This document shows, piece by piece, positions 63,196-64,000 of a stretch of 64,000 nt of DNA. The position numbers and the translations under genes are program-made. Position 1 is the first letter of the stretch, and every line of letters starts with the position of its first letter. The notes under the pieces are model-generated. The model ran no database searches, was not told the DNA's origin, and saw only the letters and a program-made list of their open reading frames with translations. This DNA is from Mobula hypostoma (Eukaryota), in contig NC_086097.1 of the NCBI RefSeq assembly GCF_963921235.1, forward strand, positions 230,022,001 to 230,086,000. Reading direction: 5' to 3'.

Positions 63196-63574
63196 GTACT
63201 GAGCCTGAGACGACAATTCCTCTTTATCTCTCTGCTGATGCTTTCAGACCTGCCAAGCATTTCTATCGCCTTCTTACTTTTCAAAGTTACAGACGAATAA
63301 AAAAAATGAACATACCTGTGACTACATATGAGAAAACAGTGCAATACAAATTTGAAACTCCATTATTTCCTTGTGGGTGATGGTAGCATGCTGCTTATAT
63401 ACAATAAAAAAAATCTGCTAGATCCTGTTTTGGAACTCTTTCCTAACCACATAAATGACTGCATTTTAAACATTTGCCCAAGCATTGGGGAAAAACCACA
63501 AGGGTTTCCGTGTCTACCAACAGGTGAAAGACTAGGCCCATCCGTGTTCTGGCAGTAAGTAGGGGAAGGGCAAA

Positions 63575-64000
63575 ATGGAAAAAGGCCATTTGGCCCATCA
63601 AGTCTGCTCCACCATTCAATCACAGCTGATCCCTTTTTTCTCCTCCTCAGCCCCACTCCCAGGCCTTTACTCATAACCGTTGATGCCATGTCCATTCAAG
63701 AACTGATCAATTTTAGCCATAAGTACACCCAACAACCTGGCCTCCACAGCTGCCTGTGGCAACAAATTTCTCAAACTCACCACCCTCAGGCTAAAGAAAT
63801 TTCTCTGCGTTTCTGTCTGAAGTGGACAGCCCTCTTTCCTGAGGCTGTGCCCTCTTGTCCTTGACTCACCAACCACGGGGAACATCCTTTCCATGTCTAC
63901 TCTGTCTAGGCCTTTCAACATTTGAAATGTTTCGATGAGATCCCCCCTCATCCTTCTAAATTCCAGCGCGTACAGACCTGGAGCTGTCAAACTTTCCTCA
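63575..64000 (-). mobile_element. CR1 3' end (runs off window end)
   Basis: ORF 63667-63990 EFRRMRGDLIETF..RNFFSLRVV. Confidence 0.88.

Noticed and set aside
1..64000. CRISPR arrays, prokaryotic operons, or retron/DGR-type RT systems
   Set aside because: No repeat-spacer arrays; all RT motifs belong to eukaryotic CR1, L2, RTE or PLE retrotransposons

Overview
Vertebrate genomic DNA, most likely from a cartilaginous fish (shark or ray). This is inferred from the repeat mix of abundant CR1 LINEs with SGNH-esterase ORF1, V/CORE/Deu-type SINEs and Penelope-like pLTRs. No host protein-coding exon, rRNA, tRNA gene or CRISPR array could be supported, so the window reads as intronic or intergenic and is dominated by retroelements. 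It holds three near-full-length CR1 LINEs, including a three-level nest resolved by target-site duplications (TSDs), plus many truncated CR1, L2 and RTE copies. Also present are a solo LTR, several SINE families, a hAT/Buster transposase fossil, Tigger- and hAT-type MITEs, and a ~0.9-kb TG-rich tract. The most notable hidden structure is a Penelope-like element family whose terminal repeat carries a minimal type-I hammerhead ribozyme motif (CTGACGA...GAAAC-GTC). This family repeatedly inserts as fold-back dimers with a one-sided ~35-nt tail. The three full-length CR1 5' UTRs also share a motif series ending in a consensus splice donor just upstream of ORF1. Coordinates were counted by eye and boundaries of old elements are approximate.
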